From Tubiluchus corallicola (lineage: Eukaryota; Animalia; Priapulida): 64,000 nt of DNA. Each line of letters opens with the position of its first letter. The first letter of the stretch is position 1. The position numbers and the translations under genes are program-made. The notes under the pieces were generated by a model, which made no database searches, had not been told where the DNA came from, and worked only from the letters and a program-made list of their open reading frames with translations. Of the stretch, positions 1 through 10,022 are shown piece by piece. Location: positions 1 to 64,000 of the forward strand of contig JAQGDQ010002405.1 in the NCBI GenBank assembly GCA_030141605.1, written 5' to 3'.

Positions 1-104
1 TAAAATTAGTTATTTCCGCAAAGACTTTATCTTTAAAGATATTTTCTTTATCTTTATAGAAGACCACCTTGTTTAATTTGTTTAACCTAAATTTACTTAA
101 GATT

Positions 105-1916
105 ATGAAAACTGCAGCATTTAAACCACTAATCAATATACTTATATTGCTCCTAGCTATTACATTTGGATGCAAAAAAAGGGATGAAAAACCACCTCTC
201 TCCGATGAGAATCTGATTACTGAGTTTGCGTTTAGGAAAAGTGTCAATGGGTCATTAGCTGTCGATGTAGATGCGGGTGTAATCACAGGCACAGAAATTG
301 AACTAACAGTTCCTTTTGGTACAGCCCTCGAGTTAACTCCTACAATAGAGATATCGGATGGTGCCACTATTAATCCTGCTAGTGGAGTGCCTATAAACTT
401 TGAAGAAACAAACCCTACAACTTACATAGTAACAGCGGAGAATGGCGACGAGCAGGAGTATACTGTAACAGTAAAGTCACAGCCCTCTTTCGCTACCGTG
501 AGCTATTACGAGAGAGAGAACCGTGTAGGAGCAGGGGATTTTGAAAAACCCGATCTGTTTGAGATAAGTGATATAGCAGAGGGGAGCTACAATTACACAT
601 TGAAGATAGCAGATAAAACTGCAAATGGTACAGTAGAAGTAAAAGACGGTAATGGTACAATAGGCAGTACGCTGAGTATTTCTGATTGGAAGTCTATAGA
701 TGATGGCACTATCAACGTTGTATTAGAGATTGAAGGTATTGACTTTACCTACACTGTAACCAAAGAGCAGTATAAGATAAAGAGCTGGCAGGATCTGCAG
801 GGGATGAAGGACGATTTATCAGGTCATTACACTTTGATGAATGATATAGAGCTGCCTGACCCCTCCCAAACAGGAGGCATTTTCCCGGAGGAGCTTCCTG
901 CAGAAGGCTTTGATCCTTTGGGCAGTGGGCGTGATAGTTTTAAAGGCACACTTGATGGGAATGGGTCTGTGATAAAAAATTTCTTTATAGATAGAAATAT
1001 AAAATATGTAGGTCTGATTGGCTATGCTTTTGGCTCTTCAGCCATCAATAATGTGGGTATAGAAATATCGAATGGCGGTGTGACGGGAGGTGATTACGTT
1101 GGTGGCCTGGCGGGGCTCGCTATAGTTAGTGGTGTATTTGCTGCCAACTGTTATGTTACAGGCAATGTGACGGGAAATAATACTGTCGGTGGCCTGGTGG
1201 GAAAACTTGATCGAAGTAGCTCTGTTAACAACTGTTACACTACAGGCAATGTAACGGGAAATAGTACTGTCGGTGGTTTGGCGGGATATGTTAACTCTAC
1301 CACTTATTCAAACATCTATATTAAAAATAGTTATGCCACGGGAGATGTTACAGGAAGTAATTATGTTGGTGGCCTGGTGGGAGTAGCTGGTCAGAGTTTT
1401 ACCGATCATAATGTCACGGTTTACAGAAGTTATGCCACAGGCAATGTAAAGGGGACTGGAGATGAAGGATATGCTGGTGGTCTGGTAGGACGTTTTTACA
1501 GGGGAGATATTGAGGATAGTTATGCCACAGGCAATGTAGAAGGGAAACTATACGTAGGAGGATTTTTTGGGCGTCTACACTATTCTGATGCCTTAGTAAA
1601 AAGGTGTTATGCTACAGGTAAAGTTACAGGAGAAGATGATGGTTATACAGGAGGGTTTGGAGGCGATCAAGGAAATAATTCGACTACCAACAGCTACTGG
1701 GATATAGCCAGCGCAGAGCAGGGCGAAAAATCGAGTGCAGGAACAGGTGTTTCTGCTGCTTCTAACCTGAGAAAAACTGAAGGCAAATATTATGATACGG
1801 GCCAGGATCCTGATGCTGAAGTTTTCGTCGACTGGAATTTTGGTAACAGTGATGATAACCCATGGAAGTGGGAGAGTGATGGACAGTGGCCTACTCTCTA
1901 CTGGCAGGGGAACTAA
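105..1916 (+). CDS. Surface lipoprotein: one DUF5018-like Ig domain + GLUG-motif repeat region (paralog 1)
   Basis: ATG at 105 gives a signal peptide with lipobox-like ITFG-C. Ig-like domain ITEFAF...VPFGT...TPTI...YIVTAENG. Repeated VGGLVG/NCYxTGNVTG GLUG motifs. C-terminal WKW...QWPTL. The ORF track starts at TTG 69. Confidence 0.85.
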   Translation: MKTAAFKPLINILILLLAITFGCKKRDEKPPLSDENLITEFAFRKSVNGSLAVDVDAGVITGTEIELTVPFGTALELTPTIEISDGATINPASGVPINFEETNPTTYIVTAENGDEQEYTVTVKSQPSFATVSYYERENRVGAGDFEKPDLFEISDIAEGSYNYTLKIADKTANGTVEVKDGNGTIGSTLSISDWKSIDDGTINVVLEIEGIDFTYTVTKEQYKIKSWQDLQGMKDDLSGHYTLMNDIELPDPSQTGGIFPEELPAEGFDPLGSGRDSFKGTLDGNGSVIKNFFIDRNIKYVGLIGYAFGSSAINNVGIEISNGGVTGGDYVGGLAGLAIVSGVFAANCYVTGNVTGNNTVGGLVGKLDRSSSVNNCYTTGNVTGNSTVGGLAGYVNSTTYSNIYIKNSYATGDVTGSNYVGGLVGVAGQSFTDHNVTVYRSYATGNVKGTGDEGYAGGLVGRFYRGDIEDSYATGNVEGKLYVGGFFGRLHYSDALVKRCYATGKVTGEDDGYTGGFGGDQGNNSTTNSYWDIASAEQGEKSSAGTGVSAASNLRKTEGKYYDTGQDPDAEVFVDWNFGNSDDNPWKWESDGQWPTLYWQGN

Positions 1917-1952
1917 AAAAAGAGGCAAAAGTATACTTACTAATAATTATTT

Positions 1953-1987
1953 AAACCCGTGCTTACTGCAAAGGCACGGGTTTTTTT
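1953..1987 (+). terminator. Rho-independent terminator
   Basis: AAACCCGTGC-loop-GCACGGGTTTTTTT, about 37 nt after the stop. A near-identical copy terminates the paralog at 9965-10000. Confidence 0.85.
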
Positions 1988-2013
1988 GCATAGTTTTTAT
2001 CAAAAGAATTTAC

Positions 2014-2112
2014 AGGCTTGATCTTGGGGTTCTTTTGTGTCATGACAAAAGAACTTAAAAAGAACTTGATCCTTCGCCTCTCTTACATCAAAACAAAAGA
2101 ATGTAAAGAAAA
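2014..2112 (+). repeat. Two degenerate copies of a dispersed palindromic (REP-like) repeat
   Basis: GGCTTGATCTTGGGGTTCTTTTGTGTCATGACAAAAGAAC and CTTGATCC...ATCAAAACAAAAGAATGTAAAGAAAA match the repeat at 9908, 15400 and 53641-54039. Confidence 0.7.
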
Positions 2113-2208
2113 CAGCTAAAAGGAGATATAAAACATAGAAAAGAACAATAAAACATAAAAAGATATAAAATATGTAAAAGGAGTGGCCACTTATAAATGT
2201 TTTCTCAG

Positions 2209-2216
2209 TATTTTTG
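2209..2216 (+). promoter_or_regulatory. Bacteroidota sigma-A -7 element
   Basis: TATTTTTG matches TAnnTTTG, about 20 nt upstream of ATG 2237. Confidence 0.55.
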
Positions 2217-2236
2217 CATTTTAAACATTCTAAAAC

Positions 2237-4715
2237 ATGAAATCACTTTATTTTTATTCATTTATTACTCTCTATTTTTACATTATTGGGGTGTAACAAA
2301 GAGACAGCCAAGAAAGAGGAGATTCCTCTCCCCTCCAGTGAAAGAGCGATCACAAAATTTGTTTTTGAGCACGACCTCAATAGTGAATTAACTGATAATG
2401 TGGAGCCCACAGAAATTGTAGGCACTAACATTAGACTAATAGTACCTTATAAAACAAAAATCACTTCATTAAAACCAACAATAGATATCTCGGAGAAAGC
2501 AACTATATCCCCGAGAAGCGGTGTGGAAAGAGACTTCACAAATAATAAACCCTACACTGTAATAGCAGAAGATAACAGCCAACGGGTTTACTATGTAACA
2601 GTTGACAAAGAAAAAAACACAGAAAACAAGATCACTAAATTTGCTTTTAAGGCAGACAAAAATGAAGACGCATCATTAACTGAAGATGTAGATGCCGGAG
2701 ATATTTCAGGGAATAATATCAATTTAACCGTTCCCTTCGGTACAGATAGAACAAAGTTAGTAGCCACTTTTGAGCTGCCTGATGAAGCTCAAGCAAAGAT
2801 AGGAATAGAACCACAAATAAGTGAAGTAACAGTGGTCGGCTTTACAAATCCTGTTACGTACACTGTAATAGCAGGAAATGGCGACGAACAGACTTACAAT
2901 GTGAAAGTTGAAGTAGGAGAAAGAAAAGGAACTGCAATTAAGAGCTTTGTATTTAAGAAAGGAGATAATCCAGGATTAAATGATGATGTATCTGCGGAAG
3001 ATGTTACAGGTCCGGATATCACACTTGAAGTACCTTTTGGTACAGACCTCGAGTTAACTCCTACAATAAAGATATCGGAGGGGGGCCACGATTAATCCTG
3101 CTAGTGGAACGCGTATAAACTTTGGTGTAAATTCAGAGAATAAGATATCCTACACAGTAACGGCGGAAAATAATGACAAACGGACTTATAACGTAAAGGT
3201 TAATGTAGGGCGAAATACAGAAAATGAGATTACAAAATTTGTATTTACGAAAGACGATAATCCAGGATTAAATGATGATGTGGCGGGAGAGATTTCACCG
3301 GGCAACTATACAATTACAGCGAAAAATCCTTTTGGCATTAATTTAGCCTCATTGAACCCTGAGATAACAGTATCAGATGATGCAACTGTAAGCACAAAAG
3401 ATGGGGCGACTCCAGATTTCAATCACGAGGTAACCTATGTTGTGACAGCAGGAAACGGTGATGAACAGGAATATTTTGTAATCGTAGAATACATTAAGCC
3501 ATCTCTCACTGTTGTAAGCTATTATAATGGAGCCAGATGATTGCCAGTAGCTGGAACAGTATAGATGATGGCGACATTACCATTAAATTAAACATAGAAT
3601 ATTCTCCCTTTAGCTACAACACTACCAAAGAGCAGTATAATATAAAGAGTTGGCAGGATCTACAAGGAATGCAATATAACTTAAACGGCCATTATACTTT
3701 GAAAAATAATATATCCCTACCAGTCCCCTCCCAAACAGGAGGCACACTCCCGGATGCTCTCCCTGCAGAAGGCTTTGACCCTGTCGGTAATAATGATAAT
3801 AAATTCGAGGGTTCTCTCGATGGTGATGACAAGGTGATAGAGAACTTGTTTATAGATAGAGAGAATACAAAAGGGGTAGGCCTGTTTGGATATATACGGA
3901 ACGCTGAGATAAAAAATGTAATTATAAAAATAGATGGCAATGGAATAACTGGAAATTCGAATGTTGCTGGGTTGGTAGGGCATGGAAGCAATTCAACAAT
4001 TGTTAACTGCCATATTACAGGAGGCTCCATACTGGCAAAAGGTAGTGGAAGTAATAATGGTAATAACGCTGGTGGGGTATTAGGATATGGAGCATTTACT
4101 GATACTGATCTCTTTGAAATATCAAAAAGTTCCGCATCAGTAAATGTTACCGCAGAGGGTATCAGCGGTCATGTCGGAGGATTAGCAGGATCTTTTGGAT
4201 ATTTTAATGAAAATGAAAATGCTTTAAAAATTAATGAGTGTAAGGCTACGGGAAATGTAGAAGGCACAAATCACTTAGGTGGCTTAATAGGATTCCTTGG
4301 AGGTACCGTCACCAACTCTTACAGCACAGGAGATGCTAAAGGTAGTAGCGGAGGGAACACTTATGGTGGACTAATAGGAAGTTGTACTACTAAAGAAAGA
4401 GTCATAATTGAGAACTGTTATGCCACCGGAGAGACGAACAATGTATTTCAATATCTAGGTCTTGGTGGCTTGGTAGGAGAAAGTGGTAACGTTCTTCTTG
4501 ATATTAATAATTATTGGGATGAGGAAAGCTCAGGCACGCAGGAAATTGATAATCATCTTACTGTGGCAGGAATTGGAGTTAGTAGTGGCAGGTATTTGAA
4601 AAAAGAGAGCAGCCAGTACAAAGATACTGAAAAGGATAGAGTAGTCTTTGTAGGCTGGAATTTCTCAAGTACTTGGAAATGGGTGAATGATGAACAGTGG
4701 CCTATTCTCAATTAG
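2237..4715 (+). pseudogene. Disrupted DUF5018-like x4 / GLUG lipoprotein (paralog 2)
   Basis: Removing one T at 2251-2255 gives MKSLYFIHLLLSIFTLLGC (lipoprotein signal). An extra G in G6 at 3080-3085 breaks ISEGATINP. An out-of-frame deletion near 3535 removes about 50 codons present in both paralogs. This joins track ORFs 2286-3095, 3280-3540 and 3537-4715. Confidence 0.85.
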
Positions 4716-4736
4716 GAGGCGCAATAATACTAAAAC

Positions 4737-4863
4737 AGCACTATCTCATAAACTGGGGCATTGTCTTGAATCCAGTTCTTAGTTATATTTGAAAAAAGGG
4801 TCCAGCTATAAATAGCCAAACCCTCGGTATTTTTTTAGTTTGCACACTTTGTGAAACAGTGTC
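4737..4863 (+). mobile_element. 127-bp miniature derivative of the IS256 at 58397-59734
   Basis: The IS left end AGCACTATCTCATAAACTG is joined directly to the IS right end (...GGGCATTGTCTTGAAT...GTGAAACAGTGTC). Confidence 0.9.
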
Positions 4864-5096
4864 TTTCTGTTATCAATATGCACCCATATCACGATTAGTC
4901 TCACAACCTGCACAAATATTTTTTCCATATAGAGCACAACAGCAGGAATTATTACGCTCTTTTACATGTCGAAATGCTTCTATCAAAGCTGATCCAGCCC
5001 TTATCCCATATGTTTCTGATCTTACTTTATATAAAAAAACGCTCTCTTATTTAAAAAGCAGGGGCTGTAAACACTAATAGATGAAAACAACAAGCA

Positions 5097-6434
5097 TTAA
5101 GCTTTACCAGGAACCGGAATCTCAGCCTTCATCCCAACCTTCCCCATAACGTAGGTTTTGGGGCCCAATAACAGGTCAGAGTTCATCATCTGATCCCATG
5201 TAATCTTTCTACCGGTGTAAGCAGATATGCGCCCCATAATAGCAACCATATTAGAAATAGCTGTACCCTCAGCCTCATTTACTTCTATATTCTGACGAAT
5301 ACATGTAACAAGGTCTATATGCTCCTGAAGATAAGGACTTACCTTGACATTACGCATGGGCTCACCCGAATCACTTAAAGGGTACTTATACTCATACACA
5401 ACTGCCCCGTTCTTGTCCCATATCGTGTTGCGGCAATTGGTGTAACCCTTCGTCCCTCTAATATATTCTGATACATTATTTACACATCCATTGACCTGAC
5501 GACACATGGAGTGTAAATGCATATTGTTATCAAATTTGTAGTCTATAGAGAAGTTGTCAAACTGGTCTCCTGTTACGCGACGTTGACGCGACCCCATCCC
5601 AACAGCCTCTTTCGGGTATGATCCACTAAACCAATTTACCACATCAATATTGTGAATATGCTGCTCTACTATATGGTCGCCAGACAACCATGTCCAGTTT
5701 ACCCAATCCCTAATCATATACTCCATCTCACTCCACTCGGGCCTCGGCTTGCGATACCATAGCTGACTGCCATTCCAGTAACAATTAGCAGCAACAATAT
5801 CCCCTATCTCTCCCTCCATTACCTTCTTGTAAATATCAACATAATCCCGCTGGTGACGACGCTGAGTTCCGGTTATCACTTTTAACATGGCAGCATCAGC
5901 TTTCTTGGAGGATACCATAACAGCACGCACCCCTACAGGATCTACTGCAATAGGTTTCTCCATAAATACATGCTTGCGCGCCTGTACTGCCGCATCAAAA
6001 TGCTTGGGACGAAACTTGGGAGGAGCCGCCATAATAACAACATCTACCCCGGAATCAATAACTTTTTGGTAGGCATCAAACCCCACAAAACAGTTCGCTT
6101 CGCTTACCTCATGGTTTTTCTCCTTAATAAGTTTTTCACGACACGACATTACACGATCCTTAAGTACATCGCCCAAAGCAACAACGGATAGGTTTGGTCC
6201 TGCATTAAGAAAATTTATAGCTGCACCACTACCACGACCTCCACAGCCTATCACTCCAGCTTTCAAAGGCTTTCCGTCAGGAGCCTGGTCAAGTAATGGA
6301 GGTACTTTGGCTTCGCCTAACGGCACTTTCTTTTCCTTGCACGAGGCAAGAGCACCAACGCCTACAGCACCCACAGCGCTTATAGCTGCCGCATTGGCCA
6401 AAAATCTTCTTCTCGAAAAATTCTTATCTTCCAT
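5097..6434 (-). CDS. Gfo/Idh/MocA family oxidoreductase, Tat-exported
   Basis: SRRRFL Tat motif, Rossmann GCGGRGSG, MEKP motif, HNIDV. Confidence 0.9.
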   Translation of the reverse strand: MEDKNFSRRRFLANAAAISAVGAVGVGALASCKEKKVPLGEAKVPPLLDQAPDGKPLKAGVIGCGGRGSGAAINFLNAGPNLSVVALGDVLKDRVMSCREKLIKEKNHEVSEANCFVGFDAYQKVIDSGVDVVIMAAPPKFRPKHFDAAVQARKHVFMEKPIAVDPVGVRAVMVSSKKADAAMLKVITGTQRRHQRDYVDIYKKVMEGEIGDIVAANCYWNGSQLWYRKPRPEWSEMEYMIRDWVNWTWLSGDHIVEQHIHNIDVVNWFSGSYPKEAVGMGSRQRRVTGDQFDNFSIDYKFDNNMHLHSMCRQVNGCVNNVSEYIRGTKGYTNCRNTIWDKNGAVVYEYKYPLSDSGEPMRNVKVSPYLQEHIDLVTCIRQNIEVNEAEGTAISNMVAIMGRISAYTGRKITWDQMMNSDLLLGPKTYVMGKVGMKAEIPVPGKA

Positions 6435-6496
6435 TTTATTTTACAATTTAGTTTAAATTAAGGCTATAAACCTAACCTATAGTCAATTATAATACT

Positions 6497-8044
6497 CTAC
6501 TCATCCGACAGAGCGGCTTGTTTGTTGCCGGTATTTACATCAAACTCACACACAACTCGAAACCCTACAGTAGTACAGTCAGAGTACCACCAAATACTTT
6601 TGGGAAGCTGAGGATCGGTCTTTAGCCAATCTTCCGTTCGTGAATGATCTCGTCCAGAACAACGCAGGCCTGCTGCATCACTTTTATAAGACCCTCCCCT
6701 TATAACACGCTCACTGCCACTTAAAGGCCCTACGGGATCAACCACTCCATCCTGCAATTTACTATAAGCATCAGGATCATACCAATCCGAACAAAACTCG
6801 GAAACATTCCCAAGCATATTTTTTAACCCCAGTGGATTAGGAGCCACTTTATCGGGAGTCTCTGTTTTTGCCCCGGAATTTTCCTTATAGATAACATAAG
6901 TATTTATAGTAGTCGTGTCTGTCCCAAATATTTTTGCCCATAGCCTCGTATCTGAATATCTCTTGGGACTCCCTTCAAAAAAATAGGCCCCTTCTGTTCC
7001 ACCACGTGCGGCATACTCCCACTCCGCCTCAGTTGGCAAACGATATGTTTTTCCTGTTATATATGACAACCACTTGCAATATGTCTCCGCAGCATGAAAA
7101 CTCATCGTTATAGCGGGGCGCTTGCCCAGCCCCCAGTTCTGGTCAGGTTGCCCATACGGAGGTGTGGCTCCTGTGATACCATCTATGCCGCCTCCACTTC
7201 TCACTCCCTCGGTATCGGTTGACCGCCCTTCTGTAGCTGTTTGAAGATAAAATGCCAGATACTCATCCCATGTAACCTCTACCTCAGCCATAAAAAAAGG
7301 GCTGAGTGTTACTCTCCTCGCAGGCTTTTCGTCATCTTTGGCAAAAACATCACTATCTGAACTACCCATAATAAAACTTCCTCCGGGAATAGCCTTCATA
7401 TTAAAAGACACAGTGGAATTAGGAATCTTTTCGGTATAATCTTCAAAAATATTAACCTCTGTCGCCTCTGTGTAGTTTTTTATACCCTCCCCGCCCACTA
7501 CACCAAAATTGATATTACTGCTAACAGCATTGGGGTTGTGGTGCCCCACATCCAAATGGCAATTGATACAATGTAGATCATCCTCATTCTGTGAATAATA
7601 CAAATGAGCATCAGAGCCTTTGTCCGAAAGAGTGATGGGAAAAAGATTTGCGTGACATTTAATGCAGGACTCTTTAAAAGTGAATCGCTGTGCAGCTTCA
7701 GCTGTAGACTTTGCCTCCCAGTTAAAATCAACACTATCTTTAGTAAGCATGCCCCACACATCTCTCAGCCCAAGCTTTATCTTCTCTTTCAGGTACCCTT
7801 CTCCTCGAGGAGGAAGATGACACTCCACACAATGCACATGCACCCCGTTACGATTATCATAATGAGTAGATAGCTTCCACGAAGATGTAACATGTGGATG
7901 TACATGACACGACTCACAAAACTCGTCTGTTGATGTATATTCAACTACTCTGTTGCTAAATATCATAATACACGCACCAGCAAAAAGTCCAAAAAAGAAT
8001 ATAAGCCACCGCCTCTTTCCGCACAGCACCAAAAACCTACTCAT
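6497..8044 (-). CDS. NapC/NirT-type tetraheme cytochrome c fused to a SUMF1/FGE-sulfatase-like domain
   Basis: N-terminal TM helix, then STDEFCESCH and three more CxxCH motifs (CVECH, CIKCH, CINCH). C-terminal RLPTEAEWEYAARGG, GNVSEFCSD, RGGS and GFR motifs. Likely start ATG 8044. Confidence 0.85.
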   Translation of the reverse strand: MSRFLVLCGKRRWLIFFFGLFAGACIMIFSNRVVEYTSTDEFCESCHVHPHVTSSWKLSTHYDNRNGVHVHCVECHLPPRGEGYLKEKIKLGLRDVWGMLTKDSVDFNWEAKSTAEAAQRFTFKESCIKCHANLFPITLSDKGSDAHLYYSQNEDDLHCINCHLDVGHHNPNAVSSNINFGVVGGEGIKNYTEATEVNIFEDYTEKIPNSTVSFNMKAIPGGSFIMGSSDSDVFAKDDEKPARRVTLSPFFMAEVEVTWDEYLAFYLQTATEGRSTDTEGVRSGGGIDGITGATPPYGQPDQNWGLGKRPAITMSFHAAETYCKWLSYITGKTYRLPTEAEWEYAARGGTEGAYFFEGSPKRYSDTRLWAKIFGTDTTTINTYVIYKENSGAKTETPDKVAPNPLGLKNMLGNVSEFCSDWYDPDAYSKLQDGVVDPVGPLSGSERVIRGGSYKSDAAGLRCSGRDHSRTEDWLKTDPQLPKSIWWYSDCTTVGFRVVCEFDVNTGNKQAALSDE

Positions 8045-8311
8045 AACAAAAAATGATAAACAAACTTTTAAAAACAACAGCATAGTGGCTGTCGCCCTCA
8101 AATATAGTGAAAAATATGCTTGAAAGAAAAATCTTCTGGTGGGGCTTTACCAGGTAAAAAAATTTGGCTCAGGCTGTAAAAGAAAAACCGTAGCTTACCG
8201 ACTTAAATGAAGATTTCAACAAAAACATTAGCAAAAAAGATGGGGGTGAGAAGACTTCAAAATAATTATTCATACATCTGATCCTCAACCAGTATGCTGG
8301 GATACAAAAAG

Positions 8312-9196
8312 CTATTTCACCTCAAAAGTAGTAGTGCCAATATTATTTCCGTCAGCAAAAACATCTATTCTATATACCCCTCTGGTAAGTAGCGGCTCAT
8401 CTTTATTATCCCAAAAAATATTTACGGGAAGCTCATTCCCCTCATACTCAACCTCTCTTCTCGCCGAATATGGTATATTGGCACCATCATACCTAAAAAC
8501 ATCTTTTTCTGATTTTATCATCAGGCGCTCATCCGGATGCTGTATGCGTATATACAAATATTTGGGCCCTCTCTGGGCTGTAGCATTTTTACTTAGGGTG
8601 AAGCCTACTTTTATCTTTTCTATCTTTTTTGCTTTACCAGTATCATTACCCTTTCTGTTAATACCTGTCGCATAGAGGCTAATAGCCTCCAACTGAGATG
8701 CCAGCATAACTTTTTGCTCCAGCTTCTTTTTCTCTTTCTCCAGTTGCACATTAACACCCTTTACTACTGAAACCTCCTTTTTTACCTGTAAGTTTTCAGC
8801 CATTAGCAACTTGTTGCGCTCATTTAGAGAATCTATCTGTACAACATAATTACGCATAATATCACGCAGAGTAGACACCTCCTTTTTATACCTCGATATC
8901 TGTGCATAACTGGCTCGCCTAACCTGCTCTACTTCCAGCAAAAGGTCCCTTACCTCACTCTGTGCAAGTTCAAGATTATAGTTTAACGTGTCATTCTCCG
9001 TCTCCAGAGAATCATAACTTTGCACCATAGCATCGAGTTCAGCCTGAATAGCACTTTTATCCTCTCTTATTTGCCGAATCGATGTACCATATGAAAAGTA
9101 CTGCCAAACATATAATGCAATAACCAAAACCAACACTGTTGCAAGCACTATTACAATAGTGTCATTTTTCTTATTTGCAAGCGATTTTGTATCCAT
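8312..9196 (-). CDS. Conserved Bacteroidota membrane-anchored coiled-coil protein
   Basis: N-terminal TM helix, long heptad-rich segment, C-terminal beta domain. Confidence 0.7.
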   Translation of the reverse strand: MDTKSLANKKNDTIVIVLATVLVLVIALYVWQYFSYGTSIRQIREDKSAIQAELDAMVQSYDSLETENDTLNYNLELAQSEVRDLLLEVEQVRRASYAQISRYKKEVSTLRDIMRNYVVQIDSLNERNKLLMAENLQVKKEVSVVKGVNVQLEKEKKKLEQKVMLASQLEAISLYATGINRKGNDTGKAKKIEKIKVGFTLSKNATAQRGPKYLYIRIQHPDERLMIKSEKDVFRYDGANIPYSARREVEYEGNELPVNIFWDNKDEPLLTRGVYRIDVFADGNNIGTTTFEVK

Positions 9197-9239
9197 TGCC
9201 CTACGTATATCAATTCTTGCAGTATATTACAAGAATATA

Positions 9240-9247
9240 CAAAGATA
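9240..9247 (-). promoter_or_regulatory. Bacteroidota -7 promoter element
   Basis: TATCTTTG on the minus strand about 44 nt upstream of ATG 9196. Confidence 0.6.
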
Positions 9248-9544
9248 TAAAATTATTTACGTTGAATCGATACTGCAGCCTGCTAATGAGAGGACTTTAC
9301 TAGGCGAAATATTTTAGTCGGGATCACTGGAGAGGTTTAAAAACTATCTTGATAAAACACCAATGCAGCTTTTTTAAAATAATCGCTCTTAAAATCAAGC
9401 TCAACTTATTTAATATTAATAATATATAAAAACTCTTAAACTAGAGAACAGCAAAAAAAGGTACTGTTTTAAAATCCAAATATTCTATTGAAAAAATATG
9501 AGTATCTTGCAAATAAAGAAGGAAGATCAAAGGCAAATATTTGT

Positions 9545-9850
9545 CACATATCTATCCTGTGTAGGCGGCAATCCGTAAAGATTGCCTATCTTTATTTCAT
9601 TTCCATAGTTTAACCCATGTGATATCCTCTAAATAATAAATAATTAGCGATATGCGTTAAATATTGTGTCGTTTTTCCAAAGGGTGTAAGTTAAAAGCAA
9701 TAATTTTCTTTGAACTGCTGTAATACCTACCATTTTACTTGACTTATTAGCTTTTATTCGCTCATAGTCTTCCTTTAATGTTGGATTGAATCGTGATGAT
9801 ACTAAAGCAGGAAAATGCTGGACTGCCCTTATCTCATTTCTCAAGGTCAC
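9545..9850 (-). mobile_element. IS110-family remnant (transposase C-terminus + downstream non-coding end)
   Basis: FPALVSSRFNP...MVGITAVQRKLLLLTYTLWK resembles the IS110 transposase C-terminus. A downstream GGCAATC...GATTGCC hairpin lies at about 9567-9587. The left boundary is approximate. Confidence 0.7.
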
Positions 9851-9907
9851 TAAATTTAGTATAAACTACAATTTTGTAACCTTTATGGTCTGGGTACAAA
9901 AGTAAAA

Positions 9908-9974
9908 GGAATGCCCTTAAAGGCTCGATTTTTTGATTCTTTTCTATCAAAAACAAAAGAACGTAAAAAAACCC
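9908..9974 (+). repeat. Dispersed palindromic repeat copy
   Basis: GGAATGCCCTTAAAGGCTCGATTTTTTGATTCTTTTCTATCAAAAACAAAAGAACGTAAA is nearly identical to the array unit starting at 53757. Confidence 0.85.
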
Positions 9975-10000
9975 GTGCTTTTGCAGTAAGCACGGGTTTA
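9965..10000 (-). terminator. Rho-independent terminator of the large GLUG gene
   Basis: Minus strand AAACCCGTGCTT-ACTGCAA-AAGCACGGGTTTTTTT, the same element as 1953-1987. Confidence 0.85.
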
Positions 10001-10022
10001 AATATTATTCTCTTGCCTATTT

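Noticed and set aside
2120-2180. A-rich quasi-repeats (ATAAAACATA)
   Set aside because: Low complexity with no consistent period.
6497-7450. FGE/C-type lectin fold as a DGR target
   Set aside because: No duplicate of its 3' region and no reverse transcriptase were seen.
9277-9325. Hammerhead-ribozyme-like order CTAATGAG...CGAAA...GTC
   Set aside because: Core G5 is replaced by A and stems II and III do not pair convincingly; at most a relic.
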